Below, piece by piece: positions 23,055-35,847 of a stretch of 64,000 nucleotides of DNA. The notes under the pieces are model-generated. The model was not told the origin of the DNA and did no database searches. It worked only from the letters and a program-made list of their open reading frames with translations. Each line of letters starts with the position of its first letter. Position 1 is the first letter of the stretch. Both the position numbers and the translations under genes were made by a program. The DNA is from Sphyrna mokarran (Eukaryota), in assembly GCA_024679065.1 (NCBI GenBank), contig JAGIQG010000009.1, positions 81,592,001 through 81,656,000 of the forward strand, given 5' to 3'.

Positions 23055-23617
23055 CACCCGGAGAGTTGTTAATGGGTCGGTGCCTGTGTATCTGTTTAGA
23101 TTTAGTGTTCCCAAGTTTGTTGGGGAGGATGGAGGCTCAGCGAGCCTCTCAGAAAGGGTATCGTGACTCTCAGAAAGGGGACAGATTGTTTAATGATGGC
23201 GATCTCATGTTGAGAGGGAATTTGGATGGTGGACCCAGTTGTGGAGAAGACAGGACCAGTCTCATATTTGGGGGAGACACAGGGCTGTGGAGTTAAGGAA
23301 CATATTGGTTACCTACGCAAGAGACTAGAGCAAGCTCCAGGAGATGAGCAATTGGGCCCCGTAACCAGTTTGTGTGTACCAGCCTCTGAACAAGACAATT
23401 CCATGTCCATCGTGTGGCCAAGGCAGTGTCTGTCTTGGGTGGGTGAGTCAGAGCTGTCCAAGGCCTAGCTCCAGAGATGGTTAGCACATCCATCCCATCA
23501 GTGGATCCTGTATCGATGGCTGCTGAAGTGCCCCTGATAGAGTTGCAGCATTCTGCAAGGTTCCAGAAATCTCTGGACCAGCTGACATGATGAACTGTCT
23601 TTCCCTGGTGTCCCTCC

Positions 23618-23967
23618 TGTAATATTGTTGTTTCTCTGCCTGTGTGTTAACTGTTGTACTTTTTGTTTGATCACAGGGAGTCCAAGATGTTCCAGGGGAA
23701 GGAGTGTGTGAGCCTGGCCCCTTTAAGGGGCAATCCTTCACAGGCCACATGACCAGACCGGATCCAATGGACTGTGAGGATGTGAACCTGGGCCAATCGG
23801 GAGTGAGGGTGATCATTCCTGGGACTGGAGGCTTCAGTTGGAGTCAGGATGTTGTTGGTAATAGAGCTGTTTGTTTGTGTTGTTAAACCCTTCATTGGAA
23901 ATACTTCTTCTCATCAATAAAGCCTTTAGTTAGTTATTTCCAAATCCAGTCTCCTCCACTTATTACA
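23618..23967 (+). mobile_element. Candidate LTR (350 bp) of the Gypsy remnant
   Basis: Begins TGTAATA and ends TATTACA (inverted termini). AATAAA at 23916-23921. Lies 3' of the integrase remnant; no clear polypurine tract. Confidence 0.5.
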
Positions 23968-24604
23968 ATCAGCATCTCTCCCACTTTGGATAGCAACAGT
24001 CTCTGATGACATCAAATACACACACTAACTATTCAACTCCAACAGTTTCACCAGCTGCTGTCACCCTCCCTACTTCCCTCCATTTATTCTGCATTCTCAC
24101 CATCTCCCCTCGATTTCTCACTGAATCCTCCACTTTCCTGGTCTTTCCTCTGTCCAGGTTCACCTGCCCCCTTCCCCTTGGGATTGTTCCATTGCTTTGT
24201 TCCAGAAACTTTCTGGTTGTGGTCAGGCTTCTCTCCACTGCAACCCGAGACATTCGGTCTGGGCTCGTGTCGATGTTTAACATTCTGTCCCACCTTGGAC
24301 TGAATACATAACCAGTGAGGGTCCGACCCACACGATGAGAGTTTGTCACCGTAAAGGAGTCAGGGATCCCGAATGCTGCCATATAACCTGTGTGGGATAA
24401 TTATTCACTGGATTTAGTTCAGAGTTACAGAATATTGGATGTTGTTTTGGAACAAAGGGAAATCTCAATGTTCAGGAAACAGAGGTGATTGAGGAGAAAG
24501 AGGGAGCTTCATGTGACAGTGTGTGTGTCTAGCCCTCAGTTCATGCATTTAGTTAAATGCATTGTTGTGTATTATAGAGTTTGTGTGTTTTGTTTTCTTT
24601 CTAC

Positions 24605-25478
24605 ATGTTGTTGATAGTCTGGAGGGATGTCTGAAGTTGCAGCGAGACATAGATAGGATGCAAGACTGGGCGGAGAAGTGCCAGATGGACTTCAACGCAG
24701 ATAAACGTGTGGTGCTCCATTTTGGCAGGACCAATGGAATGAAGCAGTATAATATCAATGGTAGGAGTCTTGGCAGTGTTGAGGAGCAGAAGGATCTTGG
24801 GGTCCAGGTCCATAGGTCTGTTAAATCTGCCCCTCAAGTGGAGGATGTGGTCAAGAAGGTGTACTGGCCTTCATTAATAGAGGAATTGAGTTTAGGAGTC
24901 AGGAGGTAATGCTGCAACTTTATAAGACCCTTGTTGGACCCCACTTGGAGTATTGTGTGCAGTTCTGGTCACCTCATGATAGGAAGGATGTGGAAGTTAT
25001 TGAGAGGGTGCAGAGGAGATTCACAAGGATGTTGCCTGGATTGGGGGGCATGCTTTATGAAGATAGATTGAGAGACCGAGGTCTCTTCTCCCTGGAGAGA
25101 CGAAGGTTGAGAGGAGACCTGATAGAGGTTTATAAGATGTTGAAAGGAATTGATCGAGTGGATTCTCGGAGGCTATTTCCCAGGGATGAAATGGTCACTA
25201 TGAGAGGACACAGGTTTAAGGTGCGAAGGGTAAGTACAGAGGAGATGTTAGAGGTAAGTTCTTCACTCAGAGGGTGGTGAGTGAATGGAATCGGTTGCCA
25301 TTAGTGGTGGTAGAGGCGAACTCGCTGGGGACTTTTAAGAGACTTCTGGATGAGTATATGGGATTTAATGGGTTGGGAGTTACAGATAGTTCTATGGCCT
25401 GGTAAGTATAGATATGATCGGCACAACTTATGGGCCGAAGGGCCTGTTTGTGCTGTAGTGTTCTATGTTCCATGTTCT
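24605..25478 (+). mobile_element. 5'-truncated CR1 LINE
   Basis: LQRDIDRMQDWAEK, LQLYKTLVGPHLEYCVQFWSP, and a gttctatgttcc tail. Confidence 0.9.
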
Positions 25479-26192
25479 CGGAATTAATATTCTGTATTAA
25501 TTGTTCACACAAAGACTGGACTATTTCTCCCTGGTTCACACACTTTTCTCACAGGATACTAAAGTGAAAATCTACAGCACTAAGAACCAGTGTTCCATGT
25601 TCCCATTCTGAGCTTTGAGATGCTCTCACATTTAACATCTGTGTGGGTCTTAACACCTCAAACAACATTCTATTCTTTCAAAAGTAACTCTGGAGATTGT
25701 TGCTAGTGATTATAAAATGATTCTAGATCCAAATAATTTTATTCTTGAGCTGCCTTCTTTAACCCTGCTACAAATTGCATCCATTAAACTTTTGGATTTA
25801 TATTTTGGGAAGAGACAAACACATTTTAAACTCTTCTTTCAGCACAGAAGCTTTCAGCATTTCGATTTGTGTGAATTGTTGTCAAATCTTTGAAAATAAA
25901 CATTTCCTGTTGAGAACATTATCAGGACCCAAACCTGAACCTTTAAACTTTGTAAGAATTATAATTTCCACGATCAAAATTGAAACTCCCTCTTCCTGAT
26001 GTCTGTGGCTTTGTATCCAGATTGAACGTCCCACGTGTTTATTAACACATATTCTTTATCTTCGATAACATCTTTGTATCTCAAAGGTCACTTGCTGAAA
26101 GGTCAGATTCTTATTGAACAGTGTGTCCATATCAGATCTCCTGTCCCCAAGTAGAAAATAACAGTGGTCCTGAAGGGGTTAAATCATTTTTC

Positions 26193-26520
26193 ACAGAATC
26201 CCTATCGTGCAGAAGGAATCCATTTGGCCCATCAAATCTACACCATCAACAATCCCATCCCATGTCCTATCCCTACGACCCCACACATTTACCTCACTAA
26301 TCTCTCTAACCTCCACATCCTGGGACACTAAGGGGCAATTTAGCATGGCCAATCAACCTAACCCACATATCTTTGACTGTGGAAGGAATCCGGAGCACCC
26401 AAAGAAAATCCACGCAGACACAGGCAGAATGTGCAAATTCCACATTGATCCAAACCGGGAATCAAGGCCAGGTCCTTGGAGGTGTTCGACAGAAGTGTTA
26501 ACCACTGTGCCACTTGGTTC
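26193..26520 (-). mobile_element. V-SINE (HE1-like)
   Basis: Reverse complement gives ggcacagtggttaacact..., V-domain gtggaatttgcacattct..., ttggccatgctaaattgcccc and a CR1-type tail. Confidence 0.7.
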
Positions 26521-27788
26521 TAAACCATGACTATGGTGTGGGAATAAAAATCTTCTAAATGTTGCTGGCAATGTTGTTCCATTTGTGATTCTCTGGAAAT
26601 AAAAACACAAGGTCCATTCTGCTTGAGGGGGGAATGGATTCAGCAATCTGAAAGTTTAAGCTGTTGTTGCAAAGAGTTCACTCTGGGCCCGATCTTACCA
26701 ATCGGAGCCTAAGGGCCAGACCCAGGAATAATACTGATCTGAGCCCGGAATTGTCACTGCAGCGAGCCCGTATGCTTCTTATATATATTTTGAAATAATG
26801 TAGCATCTTCTTTGTGCTGCCTAATTATCTATGGGAAAGGTAATTAAAGTACAGTGTCCTCGTGAGCAATTAGTGAGCTGTTTGTCCCTGTAACCATGAG
26901 CCAGGTGCTCAAATGTTCAGTCATGTGGGGAACTTGGAAGAATTGTCCCCGTGGAGGAACTTGGTTGGAAATAAGATTCAAGGAGATTGTTAAATCTGGG
27001 AAATCAACCACAGTGAAAAGAAGTTTGTATTGGCAACTCTTCTCTCACATTCCATGGCAGATGAGTCCCTCCTTATGAATGTGACTTGCACGGACAACGT
27101 TGGGTGCAGCTAATCTGCCTCTGGAGCAGCCTTGGATCCTTTCGTTCTTCTTTTCATCTGAACATTGCACAGAATTAGAGGAATTCCCTTTGGAAAATAA
27201 TTTCAAAATTATAATGGCAGGAACTACAAACCAGACAGTCAAAAATTTGGGAAACTATTTCAAAATATGGATGGGGGGGATATATATTTTGAAATATTTT
27301 CCCAAAGACTGTCAGATTGGAAGATTGAAATGTAACCAACAGAGGAAGTGAAAGAAGCAGCCGAATATTTGTTACTGAGACGGGAACAATTATCTGAACA
27401 ACATTCAACTTTCAGACTCAAAAGAAATAAAAACACTAGCAGTGGAGGGGGTGGGAGGAATCTTGGAGACTGACACCGACAGGAACAATCTAAACAGCTG
27501 AAACTCCCATTTCCTCAGTCCCTGCCCGTCACTGCTCAGGAACTCCCCGAGGGGAACCCTCTCACTCTGTCACTCTCTCTCTCTCTGCTTCTGTCTTTCT
27601 CTCCTCTCTCTCACTCTCCCTCCTGGATGAAAGTTTTAATAATTTGCAGCAACTTAATTCATTTTCATCTTTCTAATTATTTGAAAAATTCACTGAGTGA
27701 CATTTTGAGTCCCCAATCTAAATTTTTACCTCTCACTCACTATACCTGACACCACGAAGCGGTCAATACTGTTTTACTGTACCAGTTC

Positions 27789-28117
27789 GAGCAGCTGGAA
27801 TTTTGTTACTGAGACGAGAGAAAATGGTGAACCGTGTTCACTACCTCCAATCTCCCAGCACAGAAGGCACAGTGGAATACAGTCAGGAGGGAGTTATCCT
27901 GGGAATCCTCAACAACATTCCAGACTCAATATAGTCTCTCGGTACCAAGTCAAACACACACAAGGAAACCTCCTCTGGTTACCACATACCGTCCCCCCCT
28001 CAGTTGATGAATCAGTTCTCCTCCATGTTGAACACCACTTGGAGGAAGCACTGAGGGTGGGAAGGACACAGAATGTACTCTGGGTGGGGAATTCAATGTC
28101 CATCATCAAGAGTTACT
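27789..28117 (+). repeat. 329-bp module (flank plus LINE endonuclease fragment), inverted partner of 49296-49624
   Basis: Reverse-complement match including the shared junction gttactgagac..gagaaaatggtgaa.cgtgttcacta.ctccaatct. Confidence 0.85.
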
Positions 28118-28376
28118 TGTCGAAACTATGGGAGTAGTGAGACCGTGTGAGAGGGGAAGGTCAAGGGGGAGATGGTGAATATGAAGTGGAGAATTGTAAT
28201 TGTGATGGTTAAATCCCAGCAACTTTCAGTTTCTTTTCTGTTTGCAATCTTGTCACTCAAGAGATTCCAGATCAAACTGATCATTTTTAAATGATTGATG
28301 ATTGGATTTGAATCCAATATTCTGCTGATGTGTCGTTGATGATGATGTGGAGGTGTCGGCGTTGGACTCGGATAAA

Positions 28377-28660
28377 CACAGTAAGAAGTCTCACACCACC
28401 CGGTTAAAGTCCAACAGGTTTATTTAGTAGCACAAACCACTCACTTTCGGAGTGTTGACTCTTCATCAGGTGAATGGGAATTCTGTTCACAAAGAGGGCA
28501 TTTAAAGACATAATTGTAAATTATGTTTATATCTTTATATGCCCTGTTTGTGAACAGAATTCCCTCTCACCTGATGAAGGGTCAGCGCTCCGAAAGTGAG
28601 TGGTTTGTGCTACTAAATAAACCTGTTGGACTTTAACCTGGTGTCAGACTGCTTACTGTG
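28377..28660. mobile_element. Inverted Penelope-like pLTR pair (paralog of 494-777)
   Basis: Same palindromic structure; ctgatgaagggtcagcgctccgaaa core at about 28571-28595. Confidence 0.7.
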
Positions 28661-29262
28661 TCATTGATTGACAGTCCAAGCAACCCATCAGGACAATCAC
28701 TTGGCGAAATGCAGCCAATCAGCTGATGGGGAGGTGGGACATTTCCAAAGCACTCACCAGACATATACTGAATATTCTTAATGTTTATTACCTTTTACAC
28801 ATTGAAATTGACAGAAAAAAGACTTGAAATAAACAGCCCAGCCAGAGGAAGCTGGAGAAATTCACAGGGAGAATGGAGGTTTATTAAAACACTTGTGGAG
28901 ATTTTCTCAATAACATGAGAATCCTCTCCCTTTAAACAGTGAATAAAGCTTCAATTGTAACTGCAGGGTGAGCAGGAAGGAGCTCTGGTTTACTGAAGCA
29001 GATACTTCAGAGGATCACATTATTTCTGAACAGCTGACAGTCTCCAGCACTCCCAATAAAGGAACAGCACGGGGTTAATAGAGTAAAGCTCCCTCTACAA
29101 TATCCCAACAATGTTCTTTAATCCCTGACCCTCCGAAGTGTCTCAGACCCAGTCCCAGGAAGGAAGAGAATTGTAATTCATTGCTGACAATGATCTTTAC
29201 CCTTCCAGCTCACCCCTGTTCTATTCCAAGTTGTGTCTCCTCTGTGGACTGTCTCTAACACT

Positions 29263-29591
29263 CTAGGCACATTCTGAACTCCTGACACTCTTGCTGAGGG
29301 GAGAGGAGAGGCTCACGTGGGTGAGGGCACAGGAGAAGCGAGCGTTAGACTCCCAGTCGGAGCCAGAGAGGGTCAGCAGGCTGCTGACGCTGTAGGTGTT
29401 GTCCGAAGCTCGCAGGTAGTTGCTGGTCTGAATCCCGTTAGAAATGGCTGCACCGTCCTTCTTCCACTTCACCTCCACCTCATCGGGATAGAAGTGATCG
29501 GCAAGGCACACCAGGGTGGCAGTGCCCTTGGTCTTGACCTCCTCCGGGGAGGGGGGCAGCAGGGTCAGCATAGGTTGTGAATTCTCACGGG
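29263..29591 (-). CDS. IGKC: Immunoglobulin light chain constant exon, cluster 2
   Basis: cag acceptor at 29592-29594. Protein identical to C1 except T>M and A>V near the N-terminus; ends SSECA*. Confidence 0.96.
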
Positions 29592-31433
29592 CTGAAAGAG
29601 AAGAGAAGGAATTTTAATCACTGTCATTTTCAGCCTTTCATCATCCTGAATATTAACTGGGATCAAATCAGTGTCAATGTTTGAATGATGCAGAATTCTG
29701 AAAATCCATTCGAGGGGAACGTTTTTAACCAGTACGGAACAATCCCAACAAGAGAAGGGTCAGTTTTGGTTGGTTTTACAGAATGAAACTCAGCATGTGG
29801 AAGGTGTATCAGTGAGAGAGCATTTGGGTAATAATGATCATAATAGATTTAGCATTGCTACGGAAAAGGGGAAAGATCGATCAAGAGTAAACATTTTGAA
29901 TGGGAAAAGGCCAATTTCACTAAACTGGAATTTGCCAAAATGGAAAGGAAACAGTAACTTTACGATAGATCAATGTCAGAGCAGTGGGAGGATATTTGAG
30001 CTGGAGATAGAGTTCAGGACATATGTGTTCATCAAGCAATAACGTGGGACATTGCAAAGAGAATAACTAAGGATTAAATAGGGCCGATTCGAGAGCAAAG
30101 CGGTACCTTGTGTGTGGAGGGACAAAGTTGACATTGTGGTTCAGGAGAGGAGGGATTGTGAAATAATTAATGGGATAATGATGGTGCGCGAGGATGTATT
30201 AATGCGTTTATCACCATTTAAAATGGAGAAATTCCCAGGGCCAGGTGAAATATATCCCAGGATGTGAAGGGAAGAACAGGAAGAAATAACAGAGACTCTG
30301 ACAATTATTTTCCAATCTTCTCTGAGTACAGGTGTGGTATGGGTGGACTGGAGGATGGATCACGCTTTTTAAAATTAAAAGCTGATGGAATCTAAGGAAA
30401 AGTGGCACATTTGAATTCAAATTAGTTCCGTGTCTGAAGGTAAAGGTTTGATTTGAAGCTGGTTAAATCATTTTGCAACGTTACTGTAAGTATAAAGAAG
30501 ATTACTGCAAATTCAGCACTGAAATGGTTAATAGTGAGAGTATTTAAAGACACAGTGTCCCTTTAAGAGACTGTTAACCAATCAGGAAGCTGGAACTATT
30601 GCTCAGTCTGTCTGGGGGAAACAGGTTGAGCATCAACAAACCTCAGATCACACACAGATCAGGAGAACTTTATCCCAGAACATTGGAGCAGACTTGGATC
30701 AACACACTTCACACAGGATTCCCATTGGCTGGTGTAGAAACCTCTAGATTTCATTTCAAACCTTACAGTCCAGCACTGGGCTGAGGTCAAGGGTGAGGCT
30801 AGAATTAGTCTCAGTGTTCAGGGGTCAGACAGGGTCACTGCTCCAAATGACCCCATGAACTCTGGAGGATGCTTTTATGTTATCAATAGGAGAGAGTCAG
30901 GATCAGGAATCTCCAACCTCACAGACAGAATTACATTTCTATAGCACCTGTCACCACCTCAGAATACCTCAATGTGTTTAACAGCTCATTGTGCACAGTA
31001 AGATCCCAGGGAGCAGAATGAGAAAGAACAGATAAGCAGATTTGTAGTGATGTTGATTGAGGGATGAATGTTGAACAGTTCACAGGGTGAACTCCCCTGC
31101 TCTTCTTCCAATAGTACCATGGGATCTTTTACACCCCCTGAGAGGGCAGATATCAGATTGTCTCATCTGAAAGATGGGAGGCCTGTAGTTTAGAGGGGGG
31201 GATATGACAGGTACTGGCCCTTTCCCCATGAAGATTTTGGAAGTGGATGGGGAAAGTGGGAGGTGAACTAGAGAAACATCTTTGTTGCTGCTGAAACTCT
31301 TGCTATCTGCTCAGTCACATCTAATAAACACACAGACACATCAGACAAACATCAGTCTGTTTCTGTGGATTCTCTGCTGCTTTCAGTTCAATGAAGAGGT
31401 GCAGGAGGACATGCCAGGAGCAATAACAGACAT

Positions 31434-31516
31434 ATTGGAATAGTTTAAATTAGGGGGTCCACTGGCCGGCGCAACATTGAGGGCCGAAGGGCCTGTACTG
31501 CGCTGTTATGTTCTAT
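31434..31516 (+). mobile_element. Very short CR1 3' tail insertion
   Basis: gggccgaagggcctgtactgcgctgttatgttctat. Absent at the cluster 1 paralog (about 3548). Confidence 0.7.
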
Positions 31517-33232
31517 ACTGAAAAATGAGGTGTTAACCTGGTGAAGCTACAACACAGAGACTGTGTGCCAAACAGCAGAAGCAGCAAGTGATAGACAGAG
31601 TTAAACCATCCCACAACCAATGGATCAGATCTAAGCTCTGCAGTCCTATCACATCCAGCCGTGAATGGTGGTGGACAATTAAACAACTCACTGGAGAGGA
31701 GGCACCACAAATCTCCCCATCCTCAATGATGGAGGAACCCAGTACATGAGTACAAAAGATAAGGCTGAAGCATTTGCAGGAATCTTGAGCCAGAAATTTT
31801 TAGAGGATGATTCATCTCAAACTCCTCCGAAGGTCCTGAAGACTTGTACTCCAGAACTTCCTGTGTCCCTAACTAAGCTGTTCCTGTACATCTACAACAC
31901 TGGCATCAACACAACATTGTGATAAATTACCCGGTTATGAACTGTGCACAAAAAACAGAAAAAATCCAATCTACACAATAACCACCCCATCAGTCTACTC
32001 TCGATCATCAGCGATGTGATCTGAACATATCCAGAGCGATACCAAGCAGCACTTACTCAGCAATAATCTGCTCACTGACACTCAGTTTGTGTTCACCAGG
32101 ATCACTCAGCTCCTGACCTCATTACAGTCTTGGTTCAAACATGGACAAAAGAGCTGAACTCCAGAGGTGAGGTGAGAGAGACTGTCCTTAACATCAGGGC
32201 AGCATTTCAGCAAGTGTGGCATCAAGGAGCCCTCACAAAACTGGAGCCAATGGGAATCAGGGGAAAACTCTCCACTGGTTGGAGTTGTACCCAGCACAAA
32301 GGAAGATGGTTGTTGTTTGGGGTTTAACTCTACAATCTATATTAATGAGCTGGATGAAAGGGATGAGAGGAATGTCACTAAACATGCTGATGATAAAATG
32401 AAAAATAGAAATGCATCTTGTGAGGAGGATACAGAGTCTGAAAAGGAATAGAGATAGGTTCAGTGAGTGGGGAAACATCGACAGATGGAGAATAATGTGG
32501 GAAAATGAGGTTGTCCACTTTGGCAGGAGAATAGAACAGAATACTAGTTAACTGGAGAAAGTCTATCGAGTGATCTGTGTGTCTTTGTATCCAGGAACAG
32601 AAAAATATTAGGAAGACAAATGGAATGTTGCTCTTCATTCCAATGAGGATGAGTATAAAAGGAGGGCTGGTTTACTACAGCACATTGGGAAAATCACACT
32701 TAGAATATTGTGGACACTTAGGGTCTCCTTACTAAAGGAAAGATATAGTAGAATTGGAAAGAGTTCAGAGATGGTTCACTGGGCTGATTCCACCGAGTAA
32801 GGGATTGTCTCACAAGAAAAGGTTGAGCAGGTTGGGCCGATACTCATTGGAGTAGAACTTATTTCACCTCCTCAGCACCATCTTCACCAGGGCAATTAGG
32901 GATGGGAGATAAATACTGGTCTATATAGAATCACAGGAAATAGGAACAGGAATAGGCCATTTGGCCCTTTGAGACGGTTCCACTATTATCATGATCATGG
33001 CTGATCATCCAATCAGTAGCCAGATCCTGTCTTCCTCACCCAATCCTTTCATTCTATTCACCCCAAAAGCTAAATCTAACTCCTTCTTGAAAATGTACAA
33101 TATTTTGTCCTCAACTGCTTTCTGTGATAGTGAATTCCACAGGTTTATCCCTCTCTAGGTGAAGGAATTTCTCCTCACCTCAGTCCTAAAAGGTTTACCC
33201 CATATTCTCAGATTATGATGCCTCAAACTGGA

Positions 33233-35847
33233 CAAAGAACAAAGAACAAAGAACAAAACAGCACGGGAAACAGGCCCTTTGGCCCAACGAGCCCCTGCCG
33301 CCACCCCGATGTTCCCACCTCCACCTGTGATCCCTGTCAATGTTTATAGATCGATGGATTAAAAATCAAATTTGAGACAATTTAGGGAGAATTTGTTTTG
33401 CCAATTAGCCTAAGAGCACATCTTTGAGATGTGGGAGGAAACCAGAGCACCCGGAGAAAACCCACGAAAGCACAGGGAGAATGCGCAAACTCCCACATAC
33501 AGAGGCCCAAATCCATGTATCTGCAAGCACAGCGATAGTCACTAAGCTGTCGTGTTGCCCATCAAATGGTCCAGGTCAAGTGTACACTAACAACGTGAAG
33601 CACTAGGATACTCATAAAAAAAATCCAAGAGCAGCCCTCTCACGACCCATCGCGTGTATGCCCCTCGTTAGACAACAAGGTGGACCAAAGCAGAATAAAA
33701 ACAAATACATCAATATCATCATCTATTTAAACACTTCCCAGGGACGCCCAAGGCTCATGATCCCTATTTTAAATCAGTTTTCTATACCCCTCCATTCCCA
33801 TTCTGCTCATGTGCCCATCTAAATATTTAGAACATAGAACACTACAGCACAAACAGGCCCTTCGGCCCACAAGTTGTGCTGAACACATCAAAACCTACCC
33901 AGCCATAGACCTATCTATAACCCCCAATCCCATTGGATCACATATACTCATCCAGAAGTCTTTTAAAAGACCCCAGCGAGTTCGCCTCGACCACCACCGA
34001 CGGCAGCCGATTCCATTCACTCACCACCCTCTGAGTGAAAAACTTTCCCTAGCATCCCCTCTGTACTTGCTTCCCTGCACCTTAAATCTGTGCCCTCTCG
34101 TCGCGACCATTTCAGCCCTGGGAAATAGTCTCTGAGAGTCAACCCTATCTATTCCTCTCAACATCTTGTAAACCTCTATCAGGTCGCCTCTCAACCTTCG
34201 CCTCTCCAGGGAGAACAGTCCCAGCTCCCTCAACCTGTCTTCATAAGGCATGCCTCCCAATCCAGGCAACATCCTTGTAAATCTCCTCTGCACTCTTTCA
34301 ATAGCTTCCATGTCCTTCCTATAGTGAGGCGAACAGAACTGCGCACAGTACTTCAAGTGTGGTCTGACAAGGGTCCTATAAAGCTGCAGCATTACCTCCT
34401 GACTCCTGAACTCAATCCCTCGATGAATGAAGGCCAGTACATCGTAAGCTTTCTTAACCACATCCTCCACCTGGGAGGCTGATTTGAGAGTCTTATGGAC
34501 CCGGACCCCAAGATCCCTCTGCTCTTCCACACAGCTAAGACTCCTACCTTTGATATTGTACTCATTCATCCCGTTGGATCTGCCAAAATGGACCACAACA
34601 CATTTATCCGCGTTGAAGTCCATCTGCCACTTCTCCGCCCAGTCTTGCATCCTGTCGATGTCATGCTGCAACTTCTGACATCCCTCCAGACCATCCACAA
34701 CACCACCGACCTTCGTGTCATCGGCGAATTTACTCACCCATCCCTCCACTTCCTCATCCAGGTCATTTATGAAAATGACAAACAGCAAGGGTCCTAGAAC
34801 AGATCCCGGGGGCACTCCACTGGTGACCGACCTCCATGCAGAAAAAGAGCCATCCACAACCACCCTCTGCCTTCTGCAGGCAAGCCAGTTCTGGATCCAC
34901 AAGGCCAAAGCCCCTTGGATCCCATGCCCTCTCACCTTCTTATTTCTTAAATAAGTTATTTCTTAAATAACTCTAGAGTACCTGCCTTCACCACTTTACT
35001 TGGCAGTGCATTCCATACCCCCAACACCCTCTGTGTGAAAAAACTCCCTCTAGCATCCAAATTATACCTTACCCACCTCACCTTAAGCCCGTGACCCCTC
35101 GTGCTATTTGAGTCCATTCTAGGAAAAAGCTTAACCCTGTTTACTCTATCTATACCCCTTATAATCTTGTACACCTCTATTAGATCTCCTATAAGTCTAT
35201 GTCTTTTTAAGGAAAACAGTCCCAATTTGCCTAACCTCTTCTCGTAACTCAGACCTTCCATACCAGGCAGCATCCTGGTAAACCTCCTCCGCACTCTCTC
35301 CAGAGTCTCCATGTCCTTCCGGTAGTAAGGCAACCAGAACTGGACACAGTATTCCAAATGAGGTCTAATTAACGTTTTATACAACTGCAACATTAAAGGC
35401 CAGCTCTTGTACTCTATACCCCGTCCTATAAAGGCTAACATACTATATGCTTTCTTCACAAACTTCTCCACTTGCTCTGCCACCTTCAGAGACTTGTTCA
35501 CCTGCACCCCCAGGTCCCTCTGTGTTTCTATACTCTTAATAGGTCTCCCCTTTATCATATACCTCCCCCCTACATTCTTTCTCCCAAATGCATCACCTCA
35601 CATTGATCAGGATTAAATTCCAAATGCCATCTGTCTGCCCAAGCTACCAGCCTATCTATGTCCTGCTGCATCGCCTGACAATGCTCCTCACTATCCGCAA
35701 GTCCAGCCATCTTTGTATCGTCTGCAAACTTGCTGATCACTCCACTTACTCCCTCTTTCAAGTCATTTACATATATTACAAATAGAAGAGGTCCCAGTAT
35801 CGAGCCCTGCGGCACACCACTCGTAATCAGATAGTGAGGAGCATTGT
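33233..35847 (-). mobile_element. CR1 LINE (long-3'UTR subfamily) interrupted by a nested CR1
   Basis: RT ORFs 35570-35815 and 34956-35558. The host sequence resumes at 33828 (YLDGHMSRMGMEGY). (aaagaac)n tail at 33235. Empty site in cluster 1 at about 9152. Confidence 0.85.
33829..34938 (-). mobile_element. Nested 5'-truncated CR1 (second subfamily)
   Basis: 304-aa RT ORF at 34021-34935 with its own agaacatagaaca tail at 33829; tattt on both sides. Confidence 0.88.

Larger units (their letters stand above)
20495..23460 (+). mobile_element. Decayed Ty3/Gypsy pol remnant (RNase H-integrase) interrupted by CR1 pieces (about 20770-21720)
   Basis: LMHFDPSKP, YGLGAILSH, NADALSRLPLP, LHETQIG..SYVWWPGID and HPASNGLVERA motifs, with many stops and frameshifts. 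Confidence 0.8.

Noticed and set aside
25775-25999. ORF similar to 52141-52335
   Set aside because: Similarity is explained by the inverted segmental duplication. Short, no ATG start or recognisable domain.
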